From Escherichia coli (GTDB taxonomy: Bacteria; Pseudomonadota; Gammaproteobacteria; Enterobacterales; Enterobacteriaceae), in the NCBI RefSeq assembly GCF_045037415.1, contig NZ_CP173438.1: a DNA stretch of 64,000 bases, one strand, 5' to 3'. The translations under genes were made by a program, and so were the position numbers. Below, one piece after another: positions 1-10,800 of the stretch (positions are counted from its first letter, which is position 1; the number at the start of each line of letters is the position of its first letter). The notes under the pieces were generated by a model, which saw nothing but the letters and a program-made list of their open reading frames with translations, was not told the origin of the DNA and did not search any database.

Positions 1-266
1 ATGTAAACAAAAGCGGCAATAAATGTTGCCGGAAACAGTGGTGGTGCGGTTGGTAGAGTAAAGTGTTTACGCTGTATTCGACATGAATAAGGCGCACTCT
101 GTCAACAACCTGACCGTCTTTCAGGTGATGATGCTTTATTGCCTGAGTTTCAGTTCAAAATGTGATCTGCCACGTATTTTTATCCGGAAGAAAAATTTTC
201 CATTGTCTCCCCTGTAAAGCTGTGCTTGTATAAATATTGTTAAACACAAAACCAACAAGGTCCCTA

Positions 267-365
267 ATGACTACTTCCATGTTCAACGCAAAACTACTAC
301 CAACTGCGCCATCCGCCGCAGTGGTCGTCGTGCGTGTGGTGGTGGTCGTCGGCAATGCGCCGTAG
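267..365 (+). CDS. ivbL: ilvB operon leader peptide (32 aa, Val-rich)
   Basis: Hand translation MTTSMFNAKLLPTAPSAAVVVVRVVVVVGNAP then TAG; run of Val codons directly upstream of ilvB, as expected for a Val/Leu attenuation leader. Confidence 0.85.
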   Translation: MTTSMFNAKLLPTAPSAAVVVVRVVVVVGNAP

Positions 366-388
366 GGACTGGAACAACACACGATTCC

Positions 389-427
389 AAAACCCCGCCG
401 GCGCAAACCGGGCGGGGTTTTTCGTTT
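389..427 (+). terminator. ilvB attenuator / intrinsic terminator
   Basis: GC stem ccccgcc (393-399) pairing with ggcgggg (411-417), followed by T-run tttttcgttt; lies between leader stop and ilvB start. Confidence 0.75.
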
Positions 428-470
428 AAGCACCTCCCGGAAAGTCGGCCCAGAAGAAAAGGACTGGAGC

Positions 471-2159
471 ATGGCAAGTTCGGGCACAACATCGACGCGT
501 AAGCGCTTTACCGGCGCAGAATTTATCGTTCATTTCCTGGAACAGCAGGGCATTAAGATTGTGACGGGTATTCCGGGCGGTTCTATCCTGCCTGTTTACG
601 ATGCCTTAAGCCAAAGCACGCAAATCCGCCATATTCTGGCTCGCCACGAACAAGGGGCGGGGTTTATCGCCCAGGGAATGGCGCGCACCGACGGTAAACC
701 GGCGGTCTGTATGGCCTGTAGCGGACCGGGTGCGACTAACCTGGTGACCGCCATTGCCGATGCGAGGCTGGACTCCATCCCGCTGATTTGCATCACTGGT
801 CAGGTTTCCGCCTCGATGATCGGCACCGACGCCTTCCAGGAAGTCGACACCTACGGCATCTCTATCCCCATCACCAAACACAACTATCTGGTCAGACATA
901 TCGAAGAACTCCCGCAGGTCATGAGCGATGCCTTCAGCATTGCGCAATCAGGCCGCCCTGGCCCGGTGTGGATAGACATTCCTAAGGATGTGCAAACGGC
1001 AGTTTTTGAGATTGAAACACAGCCCGCTATGGCAGAAAAAGCCGCCGCACCCGCCTTTAGCGAAGAAAGTATTCGTGACGCGGCGGCGATGATTAACGCC
1101 GCCAAACACCCGGTGCTTTATCTGGGTGGTGGTGTGATCAACGCGCCTGCGCGAGTGCGTGAACTGGCGGAGAAAGCGCAACTGCCTACCACCATGACTT
1201 TAATGGCGCTGGGTATGTTGCCAAAAGCGCATCCGCTGTCGCTGGGTATGCTGGGGATGCACGGTGTGCGCAGCACCAACTATATTTTGCAGGAGGCGGA
1301 TCTGCTGATTGTACTCGGTGCGCGTTTTGATGACCGGGCGATTGGCAAAACAGAGCAGTTCTGTCCGAATGCCAAAATTATTCATGTCGATATCGACCGC
1401 GCAGAGCTGGGCAAAATCAAGCAACCGCATGTGGCAATTCAGGCGGATGTTGATGACGTGCTGGCGCAGTTGATCCCGCTGGTGGAAGCGCAACCGCGTG
1501 CAGAGTGGCACCAGTTGGTGGCGGATTTGCAGCGTGAATTCCCGTGTCCAATCCCGAAAGCGTGCGATCCATTAAGCCATTACGGCCTGATCAACGCCGT
1601 TGCCGCCTGTGTCGATGACAATGCGATTATCACTACCGACGTGGGTCAGCATCAGATGTGGACCGCGCAAGCCTATCCGCTCAATCGCCCACGCCAGTGG
1701 CTGACCTCCGGCGGGCTGGGCACGATGGGTTTTGGCCTGCCTGCGGCGATTGGCGCGGCGCTGGCGAACCCGGACCGCAAAGTGTTGTGCTTCTCCGGCG
1801 ACGGCAGCCTGATGATGAATATTCAGGAGATGGCGACCGCCAGTGAAAATCAGCTGGATGTTAAAATCATTTTGATGAACAACGAAGCGCTGGGGCTGGT
1901 GCATCAGCAACAGAGTCTGTTCTACAAGCAGGGCGTTTTTGCCGCTACCTATCCGGGCAAAATCAACTTTATGCAGATTGCCGCCGGATTCGGCCTCGAA
2001 ACCTGTGATTTGAATAACGAAGCCGATCCGCAGGCTGCATTGCAGGAAATCATCAATCGCCCTGGCCCGGCGCTGATCCATGTGCGCATTGATGCCGAAG
2101 AAAAAGTGTACCCGATGGTGCCGCCAGGTGCGGCGAATACTGAAATGGTGGGGGAATAA
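471..2159 (+). CDS. ilvB: acetolactate synthase I large subunit (562 aa)
   Basis: ATG start; ThDP-enzyme sequence (GIPGGSILPVYDAL..., GDGSLMMNIQE motif); length and position before ilvN match ilvB. Confidence 0.95.
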   Translation: MASSGTTSTRKRFTGAEFIVHFLEQQGIKIVTGIPGGSILPVYDALSQSTQIRHILARHEQGAGFIAQGMARTDGKPAVCMACSGPGATNLVTAIADARLDSIPLICITGQVSASMIGTDAFQEVDTYGISIPITKHNYLVRHIEELPQVMSDAFSIAQSGRPGPVWIDIPKDVQTAVFEIETQPAMAEKAAAPAFSEESIRDAAAMINAAKHPVLYLGGGVINAPARVRELAEKAQLPTTMTLMALGMLPKAHPLSLGMLGMHGVRSTNYILQEADLLIVLGARFDDRAIGKTEQFCPNAKIIHVDIDRAELGKIKQPHVAIQADVDDVLAQLIPLVEAQPRAEWHQLVADLQREFPCPIPKACDPLSHYGLINAVAACVDDNAIITTDVGQHQMWTAQAYPLNRPRQWLTSGGLGTMGFGLPAAIGAALANPDRKVLCFSGDGSLMMNIQEMATASENQLDVKIILMNNEALGLVHQQQSLFYKQGVFAATYPGKINFMQIAAGFGLETCDLNNEADPQAALQEIINRPGPALIHVRIDAEEKVYPMVPPGAANTEMVGE

Positions 2160-2162
2160 GCC

Positions 2163-2453
2163 ATGCAAAACACAACTCATGATAACGTGATTCTGGAGCT
2201 CACCGTTCGCAATCATCCGGGTGTAATGACCCACGTTTGTGGCCTTTTTGCCCGCCGCGCTTTTAACGTTGAAGGCATTCTCTGCCTGCCGATTCAGGAC
2301 AGCGACAAAAGCCACATCTGGCTACTGGTCAATGACGACCAGCGTCTGGAGCAGATGATAAGCCAAATCGACAAGCTGGAAGATGTGGTGAAAGTGCAGC
2401 GTAATCAGTCCGACCCGACGATGTTTAACAAGATTGCGGTGTTTTTTCAGTAA
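2163..2453 (+). CDS. ilvN: acetolactate synthase I small regulatory subunit (96 aa)
   Basis: Starts 4 bp after ilvB stop; ACT-domain-like sequence [39 protein letters not shown]. Confidence 0.93.
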
Positions 2454-2461
2454 GTGATTTT

Positions 2462-2500
2462 CTCGCCTGGATGGGATATTTACATCCGGGCGAGCTTATA
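2462..2500 (+). terminator. putative intrinsic terminator after ilvN
   Basis: Inverted repeat ctcgcctggatg / catccgggcgag (one G-U wobble) immediately after ilvN stop, followed by a moderately U-rich tract. Confidence 0.45.
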
Positions 2501-2890
2501 TTCTGCAACTCAAATTATTCAGAGTATATATTCGTCCATTGAAGACAACATTGATTTCTTATTCATATCATCAGGCCAATTCACTTCACGGCCCCAAATA
2601 CCTGGAGCAGTGTTGATAGATTTCTCTAAAAACTCATCGTCAAAATTCATAAAGCTATTAATCCATAACCATAATTTGTTATTTGTCATATGCAATGCAT
2701 TTGTAGCACTCTCTGTCGTTATCAGGTTAAAGGTGTCAATAATATTTGTACTGTCTAATGATTCATAAACAATACAGCGAATGGTGGCGTATGTGGAATG
2801 GTGATTTTGCGCAAAAAAAGCTATACCTTGAATTTGTTCCCAGTCGTACTCTTTATATTCAGGCTTAGTATGTTTGTAGAATGGGTAGTG

Positions 2891-3379
2891 CTACCAGAAG
2901 GTATAGGTCGATTTATGACTCATATCATTAAGAATATAATTACAAATATAGACCTTTCCTGTTTTTCTATTAAAACGAATTGGGTAATGTCGCGGGGCAA
3001 AGATAAAATAATTTAGGATAGCAGCAAAAACAAAAGACATGAAAAAAATTGCGCAGTAAGCAATATGTAGCAGTAACTCAGAGTCTGCGCGGTATCTCCA
3101 CGTATCTAAGTATCGTTCGAAGTTAAATATAATGTCATATATAAAGAATAAAACAGAGCCAAAACATAAAATAACGATAGGTAAAAAAAGAACGATGCTC
3201 AGAATGTTCATGCCATAAAATGACGTGTAGTTTCGTGTTATCTCACAGTAGTTGTCATTAATATATGTTAATTTATCACTGTTTGATAACTTCTCACTAT
3301 TGCTTTGTGTTCTTTTGTTTATTTCATTAATGAGTCGTGGAACAAGAGTTTGTTTTATTAAGTGAGGGTGAGTGTGCAT
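2891..3379 (-). CDS. hypothetical small membrane protein in AT-rich ilvN-uhpA spacer
   Basis: 162-aa ORF with two hydrophobic helix-like segments in a strongly AT-rich 1.4-kb spacer; no recognisable family. Confidence 0.3.
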   Translation of the reverse strand: MHTHPHLIKQTLVPRLINEINKRTQSNSEKLSNSDKLTYINDNYCEITRNYTSFYGMNILSIVLFLPIVILCFGSVLFFIYDIIFNFERYLDTWRYRADSELLLHIAYCAIFFMSFVFAAILNYFIFAPRHYPIRFNRKTGKVYICNYILNDMSHKSTYTFW

Positions 3380-3862
3380 ATCTGCTCCTTTTTTACAGAC
3401 AATATCACGCAGGGATTTTTTTGTACATTAATCGGTGGGTTTTATTATTAAAATGTAATAATGAAGCAGGCATGCTTGTCATACTTCAAGTTGCATGTGC
3501 TGTGTCTGCGAAATATTCGACCTTTCAGGATTAGTGCAAGCGTTGTTCAAAACGTCACTGCGTTTTTTCCTGCAGCGCGAATTATTTCGAGTATGGTTTT
3601 TATACTGAACTAATAATTTATAATTATACAAACAATCAAACTATAAATATAGAATATACATTTTACTTATTCAAAATGGATACTAACAAGGTATTAATGC
3701 CGCCAGCATTTTTAATGGTTAGTCGATATACAAGTCCTTGAAGGCATCACTTCTTTCCACAAGCAACAAGAGCGCAGCTTTTGGCAGTAACCGCTCAAGG
3801 CTTGAACAACATCGCGCTTATCGTTAAGGTAAGCGCGTTTTATTACCCGCCAGGACAAGACC

Positions 3863-4453
3863 ATGATCACCGTTGCCCTTATAGACGATCACCTTATCGT
3901 CCGCTCCGGCTTTGCGCAGCTGCTGGGGCTGGAACCTGATTTGCAGGTAGTTGCCGAGTTTGGTTCGGGGCGCGAGGCGCTGGCGGGGCTGCCGGGGCGC
4001 GGTGTGCAGGTGTGTATTTGCGATATCTCCATGCCTGATATCTCCGGTCTGGAGCTTCTAAGCCAGCTGCCGAAAGGCATGGCGACAATTATGCTCTCCG
4101 TTCACGACAGTCCGGCGCTGGTTGAGCAGGCGCTTAACGCGGGGGCGCGCGGCTTTCTCTCCAAACGCTGTAGCCCGGATGAACTCATTGCTGCGGTGCA
4201 TACGGTTGCCACTGGCGGCTGTTATCTGACGCCGGATATTGCCATTAAACTGGCATCTGGTCGCCAGGACCCGCTAACCAAACGCGAACGCCAGGTGGCA
4301 GAAAAACTGGCGCAAGGAATGGCGGTGAAAGAGATTGCCGCCGAACTGGGCTTGTCGCCGAAAACAGTACACGTCCATCGCGCCAATCTGATGGAAAAAC
4401 TGGGCGTCAGTAACGACGTTGAACTGGCGCGCCGCATGTTTGATGGCTGGTGA
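3863..4453 (+). CDS. uhpA: response regulator UhpA (NarL/FixJ family, 196 aa)
   Basis: Receiver domain ([10 protein letters not shown]...) plus C-terminal LuxR-type HTH ([40 protein letters not shown]); followed by uhpB/uhpC/uhpT. Confidence 0.95.
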
Positions 4454-5955
4454 TGAAGACGTTGTTCTCCCGTTTAATTACCGTTATTGCCTGCTTTTTT
4501 ATCTTCTCTGCCGCATGGTTTTGCCTGTGGAGTATCAGCCTGCACCTGGTTGAGCGCCCTGATATGGCGGTGCTGTTATTTCCGTTTGGCCTGCGGCTAG
4601 GGCTAATGCTGCAATGCCCGCGCGGATACTGGCCGGTGCTACTGGGTGCGGAGTGGCTGCTGATTTACTGGCTAATGCAGGCGGTCGGTTTAACCCATTT
4701 CTCCTTATTGATGATCGGTAGTTTACTGACGTTATTGCCCGTGGCGCTGATCTCGCGCTATCGCCATCAACGTGACTGGCGCACCTTGCTGTTACAGGGT
4801 GCGGCGTTAACGGCGGCAGCGTTGTTGCAGTCGTTGCCCTGGCTTTGGCACGGCAAAGAGTCGTGGAATGCGCTGCTGCTGACTTTAACTGGCGGCCTGA
4901 CGCTGGCCCCGATATGTCTGGTGTTCTGGCACTATCTCGCCAATAACACCTGGCTGCCGCTCGGCCCGTCACTGGTTTCTCAGCCAATCAACTGGCGCGG
5001 GCGACATCTGGTCTGGTACTTGCTGCTGTTTGTTATCAGTCTCTGGCTCCAGTTGGGATTGCCAGACGAACTGTCGCGCTTTACGCCATTCTGTCTGGCG
5101 CTGCCGATTATCGCGCTGGCCTGGCACTATGGTTGGCAAGGAGCGCTGATTGCGACATTGATGAACGCCATCGCGCTGATCGCCAGTCAAACCTGGCGCG
5201 ATCATCCGGTGGATTTATTGCTCTCGCTGCTGGTGCAAAGTCTGACAGGGTTGTTACTGGGCGCTGGCATCCAGCGGTTGCGTGAACTTAACCAGTCGCT
5301 GCAAAAGGAACTGGCGCGCAATCAGCATCTCGCTGAACGGTTGCTGGAAACCGAAGAGAGCGTGCGCCGCGATGTGGCGCGAGAGCTGCACGATGATATC
5401 GGTCAGACCATCACTGCTATTCGTACTCAGGCTGGCATTGTCCAGCGGCTCGCGGCGGATAACGCCAGCGTGAAACAGAGCGGGCAGCTCATCGAACAGT
5501 TGTCGTTGGGCGTTTACGACGCGGTGCGCCGCTTGTTAGGGCGGTTACGTCCGCGCCAGCTGGATGATCTCACCCTGGAGCAGGCCATCCGCTCACTGAT
5601 GCGGGAAATGGAGCTGGAAGGGCGCGGCATTGTCAGTCATCTCGAATGGCGAATCGATGAATCAGCGTTAAGCGAAAACCAGCGCGTGACGCTATTTCGC
5701 GTCTGCCAGGAAGGGTTGAACAACATTGTGAAACATGCCGATGCCAGCGCGGTCACGCTGCAAGGCTGGCAGCATGATGAGCGGTTAATGCTGGTGATTG
5801 AAGACGATGGCAGCGGTTTACCGCCAGATTCCGGGCAACACGGTTTTGGCCTTACCGGAATGCGCGAGCGCGTAACGGCGCTGGGTGGCACATTGACCAT
5901 CTCCTGCCTGCACGGCACGCGTGTCAGCGTTTCTCTACCTCAACGTTATGTCTAA
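4453..5955 (+). CDS. uhpB: sensor histidine kinase UhpB (about 500 aa)
   Basis: ATG at 4453 overlaps uhpA stop (TGATG); multi-pass membrane N-terminus then histidine kinase core ([13 protein letters not shown]...); GTG at 4450 is an alternative start. Confidence 0.92.
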   Translation: MKTLFSRLITVIACFFIFSAAWFCLWSISLHLVERPDMAVLLFPFGLRLGLMLQCPRGYWPVLLGAEWLLIYWLMQAVGLTHFSLLMIGSLLTLLPVALISRYRHQRDWRTLLLQGAALTAAALLQSLPWLWHGKESWNALLLTLTGGLTLAPICLVFWHYLANNTWLPLGPSLVSQPINWRGRHLVWYLLLFVISLWLQLGLPDELSRFTPFCLALPIIALAWHYGWQGALIATLMNAIALIASQTWRDHPVDLLLSLLVQSLTGLLLGAGIQRLRELNQSLQKELARNQHLAERLLETEESVRRDVARELHDDIGQTITAIRTQAGIVQRLAADNASVKQSGQLIEQLSLGVYDAVRRLLGRLRPRQLDDLTLEQAIRSLMREMELEGRGIVSHLEWRIDESALSENQRVTLFRVCQEGLNNIVKHADASAVTLQGWQHDERLMLVIEDDGSGLPPDSGQHGFGLTGMRERVTALGGTLTISCLHGTRVSVSLPQRYV

Positions 5956-5964
5956 GGTTCGATG

Positions 5965-7284
5965 ATGTTGCCGTTTCTGAAAGCGCCTGCCGATGCGCCA
6001 TTAATGACTGATAAACATGAAATTGATGCCCGCTATCGCTACTGGCGTCGGCATATTCTGCTGACCATCTGGCTGGGTTACGCGCTGTTTTACTTCACGC
6101 GTAAAAGTTTTAACTCCGCCGTACCAGAAATCCTTGCTAACGGCGTGCTCAGCCGTAGCGATATTGGCCTGTTAGCGACCCTGTTTTACATTACCTACGG
6201 TGTGTCGAAGTTTGTCTCCGGCATTGTCAGCGATCGCTCAAATGCCCGTTATTTTATGGGGATAGGGCTTATTGCCACGGGCATTATCAACATTCTGTTT
6301 GGCTTCTCGACGTCGCTATGGGCGTTTGCCGTGCTCTGGGTGTTGAACGCCTTTTTCCAGGGCTGGGGTTCACCGGTGTGTGCGCGTCTGTTAACCGCCT
6401 GGTATTCTCGTACCGAGCGCGGCGGTTGGTGGGCATTATGGAACACGGCGCATAACGTCGGCGGCGCACTCATTCCCATTGTGATGGCAGCGAGCGCGCT
6501 GCATTACGGCTGGCGTGCCGGGATGATGATTGCGGGTTGTATGGCGATCGTCGTGGGGATTTTTCTCTGCTGGCGGCTGCGCGATCGCCCGCAGGCGTTA
6601 GGTTTACCGGCAGTTGGTGAATGGCGGCACGACGCACTGGAGATTGCTCAACAACAAGAAGGGGCAGGGCTGACGCGTAAAGAGATCCTCACCAAATATG
6701 TGTTGCTGAATCCGTATATCTGGCTGCTTTCGTTTTGCTATGTGCTGGTCTATGTGGTTCGGGCGGCGATCAACGACTGGGGCAATTTGTATATGTCCGA
6801 GACGCTGGGCGTCGATCTGGTCACGGCGAATACGGCAGTGACAATGTTTGAACTGGGCGGATTTATCGGTGCGCTGGTAGCGGGTTGGGGTTCGGACAAA
6901 CTGTTTAACGGCAACCGCGGGCCGATGAATTTGATTTTCGCCGCCGGAATTTTGCTTTCAGTCGGCTCGCTGTGGCTGATGCCATTTGCCAGCTACGTGA
7001 TGCAGGCAACCTGCTTCTTCACCATTGGTTTTTTTGTCTTTGGCCCGCAGATGTTAATCGGCATGGCGGCGGCAGAGTGTTCCCACAAAGAGGCGGCAGG
7101 GGCGGCGACGGGGTTTGTCGGCTTGTTTGCTTATCTTGGTGCGTCGCTTGCTGGTTGGCCGCTGGCGAAAGTACTCGATACCTGGCACTGGAGCGGATTT
7201 TTTGTGGTTATCGCCATCGCCGCCGGGATTTCCGCACTGCTGTTACTGCCCTTTTTGAACGCCCAGACACCGCGAGAAGCGTGA
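5965..7284 (+). CDS. uhpC: MFS-family sugar-phosphate sensor UhpC (about 439 aa)
   Basis: Organophosphate:Pi antiporter-like MFS sequence paralogous to the downstream uhpT product; second ATG chosen, first ATG at 5962. Confidence 0.92.
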   Translation: MLPFLKAPADAPLMTDKHEIDARYRYWRRHILLTIWLGYALFYFTRKSFNSAVPEILANGVLSRSDIGLLATLFYITYGVSKFVSGIVSDRSNARYFMGIGLIATGIINILFGFSTSLWAFAVLWVLNAFFQGWGSPVCARLLTAWYSRTERGGWWALWNTAHNVGGALIPIVMAASALHYGWRAGMMIAGCMAIVVGIFLCWRLRDRPQALGLPAVGEWRHDALEIAQQQEGAGLTRKEILTKYVLLNPYIWLLSFCYVLVYVVRAAINDWGNLYMSETLGVDLVTANTAVTMFELGGFIGALVAGWGSDKLFNGNRGPMNLIFAAGILLSVGSLWLMPFASYVMQATCFFTIGFFVFGPQMLIGMAAAECSHKEAAGAATGFVGLFAYLGASLAGWPLAKVLDTWHWSGFFVVIAIAAGISALLLLPFLNAQTPREA

Positions 7285-7421
7285 TGCATCTCACCTTTTC
7301 ACTTCATATCCGGCAAAACTAAGAAATTTTCCAGGTTTTGCCTGGACGCTATCTCAGGCCTGATTTGCTGCTGATTTTTACAATGCATGCCTCACGCAGG
7401 TATTCATTTCAGGAGTAACCC
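7285..7421 (+). promoter_or_regulatory. uhpC-uhpT intergenic region, expected UhpA-dependent uhpT promoter
   Basis: 137-bp spacer with a good Shine-Dalgarno (aggag) before uhpT ATG; promoter role inferred from known uhp regulation, individual sites not verified. Confidence 0.4.
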
Positions 7422-8813
7422 ATGCTGGCTTTCTTAAACCAGGTTCGCAAGCCGACCCTGGACCTTCCGCTCGAAGTGCGGCGCAAAATGTGGTTCAAAC
7501 CGTTCATGCAATCCTACCTGGTGGTCTTTATCGGCTACCTTACGATGTACCTGATTCGCAAGAACTTTAACATCGCGCAGAACGACATGATCTCGACCTA
7601 CGGGTTGAGCATGACGCAGCTGGGGATGATCGGCCTGGGCTTCTCCATCACTTATGGCGTGGGTAAAACGCTGGTTTCTTACTACGCCGACGGCAAAAAC
7701 ACCAAACAATTCCTGCCGTTCATGCTGATCCTGTCTGCCATTTGTATGCTGGGCTTCAGTGCCAGTATGGGCAGCGGCTCGGTTAGCCTGTTCCTGATGA
7801 TTGCCTTCTACGCCTTGAGCGGCTTTTTCCAGAGTACCGGCGGTTCATGCAGTTACTCCACCATCACCAAATGGACGCCGCGTCGTAAACGCGGGACATT
7901 CCTCGGTTTCTGGAACATTTCTCACAACCTTGGTGGTGCAGGCGCAGCAGGTGTGGCGCTGTTCGGCGCAAATTACCTGTTCGATGGTCATGTCATCGGC
8001 ATGTTTATTTTCCCGTCGATTATCGCGCTGATTGTTGGTTTTATCGGTCTGCGTTACGGCAGCGACTCCCCGGAATCTTATGGCCTCGGCAAAGCTGAAG
8101 AGCTGTTTGGCGAGGAGATCAGTGAAGAGGATAAAGAGACAGAATCTACCGATATGACCAAGTGGCAGATCTTTGTTGAGTATGTGCTGAAAAACAAAGT
8201 GATCTGGCTGCTGTGCTTCGCCAACATTTTCCTCTATGTGGTGCGTATTGGTATCGACCAGTGGTCAACTGTGTATGCGTTCCAGGAACTGAAACTCTCT
8301 AAAGCGGTGGCGATTCAGGGCTTTACGCTGTTTGAAGCTGGTGCGCTGGTCGGTACGCTGCTGTGGGGCTGGCTCTCTGACCTGGCGAACGGTCGCCGTG
8401 GCCTGGTGGCCTGTATCGCGCTGGCGCTGATTATCGCCACGCTCGGTGTGTATCAACACGCCAGCAACCAATATATCTACCTGGCTTCTCTCTTTGCGTT
8501 GGGTTTCCTGGTCTTTGGCCCGCAACTGTTGATTGGCGTGGCGGCTGTTGGCTTTGTACCTAAAAAAGCGATTGGCGCTGCCGATGGTATTAAAGGCACC
8601 TTCGCTTACCTGATTGGTGACAGCTTTGCCAAGTTAGGTCTGGGAATGATTGCCGATGGGACGCCGGTATTTGGCCTTACCGGCTGGGCAGGCACCTTCG
8701 CCGCGCTGGATATCGCCGCGATTGGTTGTATCTGCCTGATGGCGATAGTGGCGGTGATGGAAGAACGCAAAATCCGCCGCGAGAAAAAAATTCAGCAGTT
8801 GACAGTGGCATAA
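7422..8813 (+). CDS. uhpT: hexose-6-phosphate:phosphate antiporter UhpT (463 aa)
   Basis: MFS organophosphate antiporter sequence; 463 aa; SD aggag upstream. Confidence 0.95.
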   Translation: MLAFLNQVRKPTLDLPLEVRRKMWFKPFMQSYLVVFIGYLTMYLIRKNFNIAQNDMISTYGLSMTQLGMIGLGFSITYGVGKTLVSYYADGKNTKQFLPFMLILSAICMLGFSASMGSGSVSLFLMIAFYALSGFFQSTGGSCSYSTITKWTPRRKRGTFLGFWNISHNLGGAGAAGVALFGANYLFDGHVIGMFIFPSIIALIVGFIGLRYGSDSPESYGLGKAEELFGEEISEEDKETESTDMTKWQIFVEYVLKNKVIWLLCFANIFLYVVRIGIDQWSTVYAFQELKLSKAVAIQGFTLFEAGALVGTLLWGWLSDLANGRRGLVACIALALIIATLGVYQHASNQYIYLASLFALGFLVFGPQLLIGVAAVGFVPKKAIGAADGIKGTFAYLIGDSFAKLGLGMIADGTPVFGLTGWAGTFAALDIAAIGCICLMAIVAVMEERKIRREKKIQQLTVA

Positions 8814-8831
8814 ACGTAACTGGTGACTTTT

Positions 8832-8859
8832 GCCCGGCATGACGCCGGGCTTTTTTTTA
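8832..8859 (+). terminator. intrinsic terminator between convergent uhpT and ade
   Basis: Perfect stem gcccggc / gccgggc with 5-nt loop followed by eight T residues. Confidence 0.8.
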
Positions 8860-10626
8860 TTATTCCGTGACTTCCAGCGTAGTGAAGGCAAACTTCTCAC
8901 CATCAAACAGCCCCTGACTGGTTAGTTTCAGCGCGGGGATCACTGGCAGGGAAAGAAACGCCATCTGAATAAACGGCTCATCCGGTAACGGACCGCATTC
9001 ACGGGCGGCGGCTTTCAAGGCGTCAATTTGCTCCGCCAGTGACTGCGCCGTGTCGGTGCTCATTAGCCCGGCAATGGGCAACGGTAGATGACTTTGTACC
9101 TGGCCGTTACGGACCACGCACAGCCCGCCGCCATCCTGAATCACCTGATTGACCGCCAGCGCCATCTCTTCTGCGCTACGACCGATCACCACAATATTAT
9201 GGCTGTCATGGCTGACCGTCGCCGCCAGCGCACCTTCATTCAGGCCAAAGCCGCCGAGCAAACCACAGGCCGGAGCCAGTCGTTGTCCGTAACGCTCAAG
9301 AACGGCAATAAAGCACACATCATCGCGATCAAAACCGTTTTCGCTGTAGACGCTGGAGCGGGAGTGCGTGATCAGTTCGTTATGGATTACCTCAATAACG
9401 CGATAGCGTTTTCCGGGGGTAAATTGCAGGGCAAAGTCACTGGCGGAAACTGGCTGGCGATCAATGGTATTGCCATATGGCGGGGCGGATTGTGCCAGTC
9501 TCGCCGACTCTTCCGCCTGTAAGGTTTGTGCATCGATCGGCTCGCCTTTCACCAGTACCTGCTGCACCGTGACCTTACGCGCATCGCTCAACAGGACGAT
9601 ATCGGCCTGCTTGCCGGGTGCCAGTAAGCCGAGGTGATTCAGACCAAAATGGCGCGCCGTCGACCAGCTGGCTACGCGATATGCCACATGCAGCGGTACA
9701 TTGTGTTGTTCGATCAGGCGGCGAATTAAGGCATCGATGTGTCCTTCATGGGCGATCTCCCACGGGTTACGGTCATCGGTACAGAGCATGCATTGCGGGC
9801 TGTTAAATTCGTTGATCAACGGTGCCAGCGCGTTGAGATTGCGGGCTGCGGACCCTTCACGGATCATCAATGACATGCCGAGTTGCAATTTCCGGCGTCC
9901 TTCTTCCAACTGATAACTTTCGTGGCAGTTTTCAATACCCGCAGCAATATAGGCGTTAAGTTCTTTACCACCCAAACCCGGGCAGTGACCGTCCAGTGTC
10001 AGGTGGCGAAATGCGTCCAGTTTATCGAGCAGCGCATTCTGCCCGCTAATTACGCCAGGGTAGTCCATCATTTCTGCAAGGCCGGTAACCTGCGGATGGT
10101 CCCGCCAGGCGAGCATCTGTTCAAGGGTAAAACTGGCACCATTAACATCGCAGCCTTCCAGGGCGGGTACGCAAGAGCTGACCTGTAAGTACTGGTTTTG
10201 CCTTGCCTGTTCGGCACAGCGGGCAAACCAGGCGAATCCGGCTTCTCCCATCACGTTGACGATTTCATGAGGGTCGCAAATAACGGTCGTCAGGCCGCGC
10301 GGCAGGGTAGCAGTTTCAAAGGTGACCGGCGTCATCATGCTGGATTCAATATGCAGGTGAGCATCAATAAACCCTGGCACCGCCGTTGCGCCGCGGGCAT
10401 CAATCCGCTGCAAAGCCGGAGCATCAGCGTATTCTGCGCCAACACCGGCAATGTAACGTCCTTTAATCACAATTGGGCCGGAAATTTCTCCGCCATTGAT
10501 CAGGTCGAGAATAGAGACATTATCAATAATATAATCGGCAACAGCGTCTCCACGGGAAACGGCTAACAATTCCTGGTATTCAGCCCGGCTAATGTGATGA
10601 AATTTATGGTTAATAGAATTATTCAT
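8860..10626 (-). CDS. ade: adenine deaminase (588 aa)
   Basis: Amidohydrolase metal-binding motifs ([15 protein letters not shown]...); length and position next to uhpT match E. coli ade (yicP). Confidence 0.93.
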   Translation of the reverse strand: MNNSINHKFHHISRAEYQELLAVSRGDAVADYIIDNVSILDLINGGEISGPIVIKGRYIAGVGAEYADAPALQRIDARGATAVPGFIDAHLHIESSMMTPVTFETATLPRGLTTVICDPHEIVNVMGEAGFAWFARCAEQARQNQYLQVSSCVPALEGCDVNGASFTLEQMLAWRDHPQVTGLAEMMDYPGVISGQNALLDKLDAFRHLTLDGHCPGLGGKELNAYIAAGIENCHESYQLEEGRRKLQLGMSLMIREGSAARNLNALAPLINEFNSPQCMLCTDDRNPWEIAHEGHIDALIRRLIEQHNVPLHVAYRVASWSTARHFGLNHLGLLAPGKQADIVLLSDARKVTVQQVLVKGEPIDAQTLQAEESARLAQSAPPYGNTIDRQPVSASDFALQFTPGKRYRVIEVIHNELITHSRSSVYSENGFDRDDVCFIAVLERYGQRLAPACGLLGGFGLNEGALAATVSHDSHNIVVIGRSAEEMALAVNQVIQDGGGLCVVRNGQVQSHLPLPIAGLMSTDTAQSLAEQIDALKAAARECGPLPDEPFIQMAFLSLPVIPALKLTSQGLFDGEKFAFTTLEVTE

Positions 10627-10800
10627 ATTTTTCTCATTTTGATTTTATCAATTTGATTATTATTTATCATAAAGAAACGTCGCGAGATTATTAAAGAATA
10701 TCCATTAATGTGCAATTGAAATGTGATAATTATCACTGAACCGTTGTTGTCATTTGTTTTACAAAAGCAAGGGATTAAATCTCCTCCAATGGACAAAAAA

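Noticed and set aside
155-492. Minus-strand ORFs (110 aa and 69 aa) overlapping the ilvB leader region
   Set aside because: They overlap the well-supported ivbL leader and attenuator on the opposite strand and have Thr/Ala-rich low-complexity translations; treated as antisense artefacts.
1572-2315. 247-aa minus-strand ORF inside ilvB/ilvN
   Set aside because: Entirely antisense to two strongly supported biosynthetic genes; no start context or family resemblance.
9088-10566. Several plus-strand ORFs (101-144 aa) inside ade
   Set aside because: Antisense to adenine deaminase, which has clear amidohydrolase motifs; typical shadow ORFs.
10723-10800. N-terminal extension of adeQ from a GTG at 10723
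   Set aside because: Extension encodes MIIITEPLL... with no Shine-Dalgarno; the ATG at 10801 gives the expected permease length of about 444 aa.
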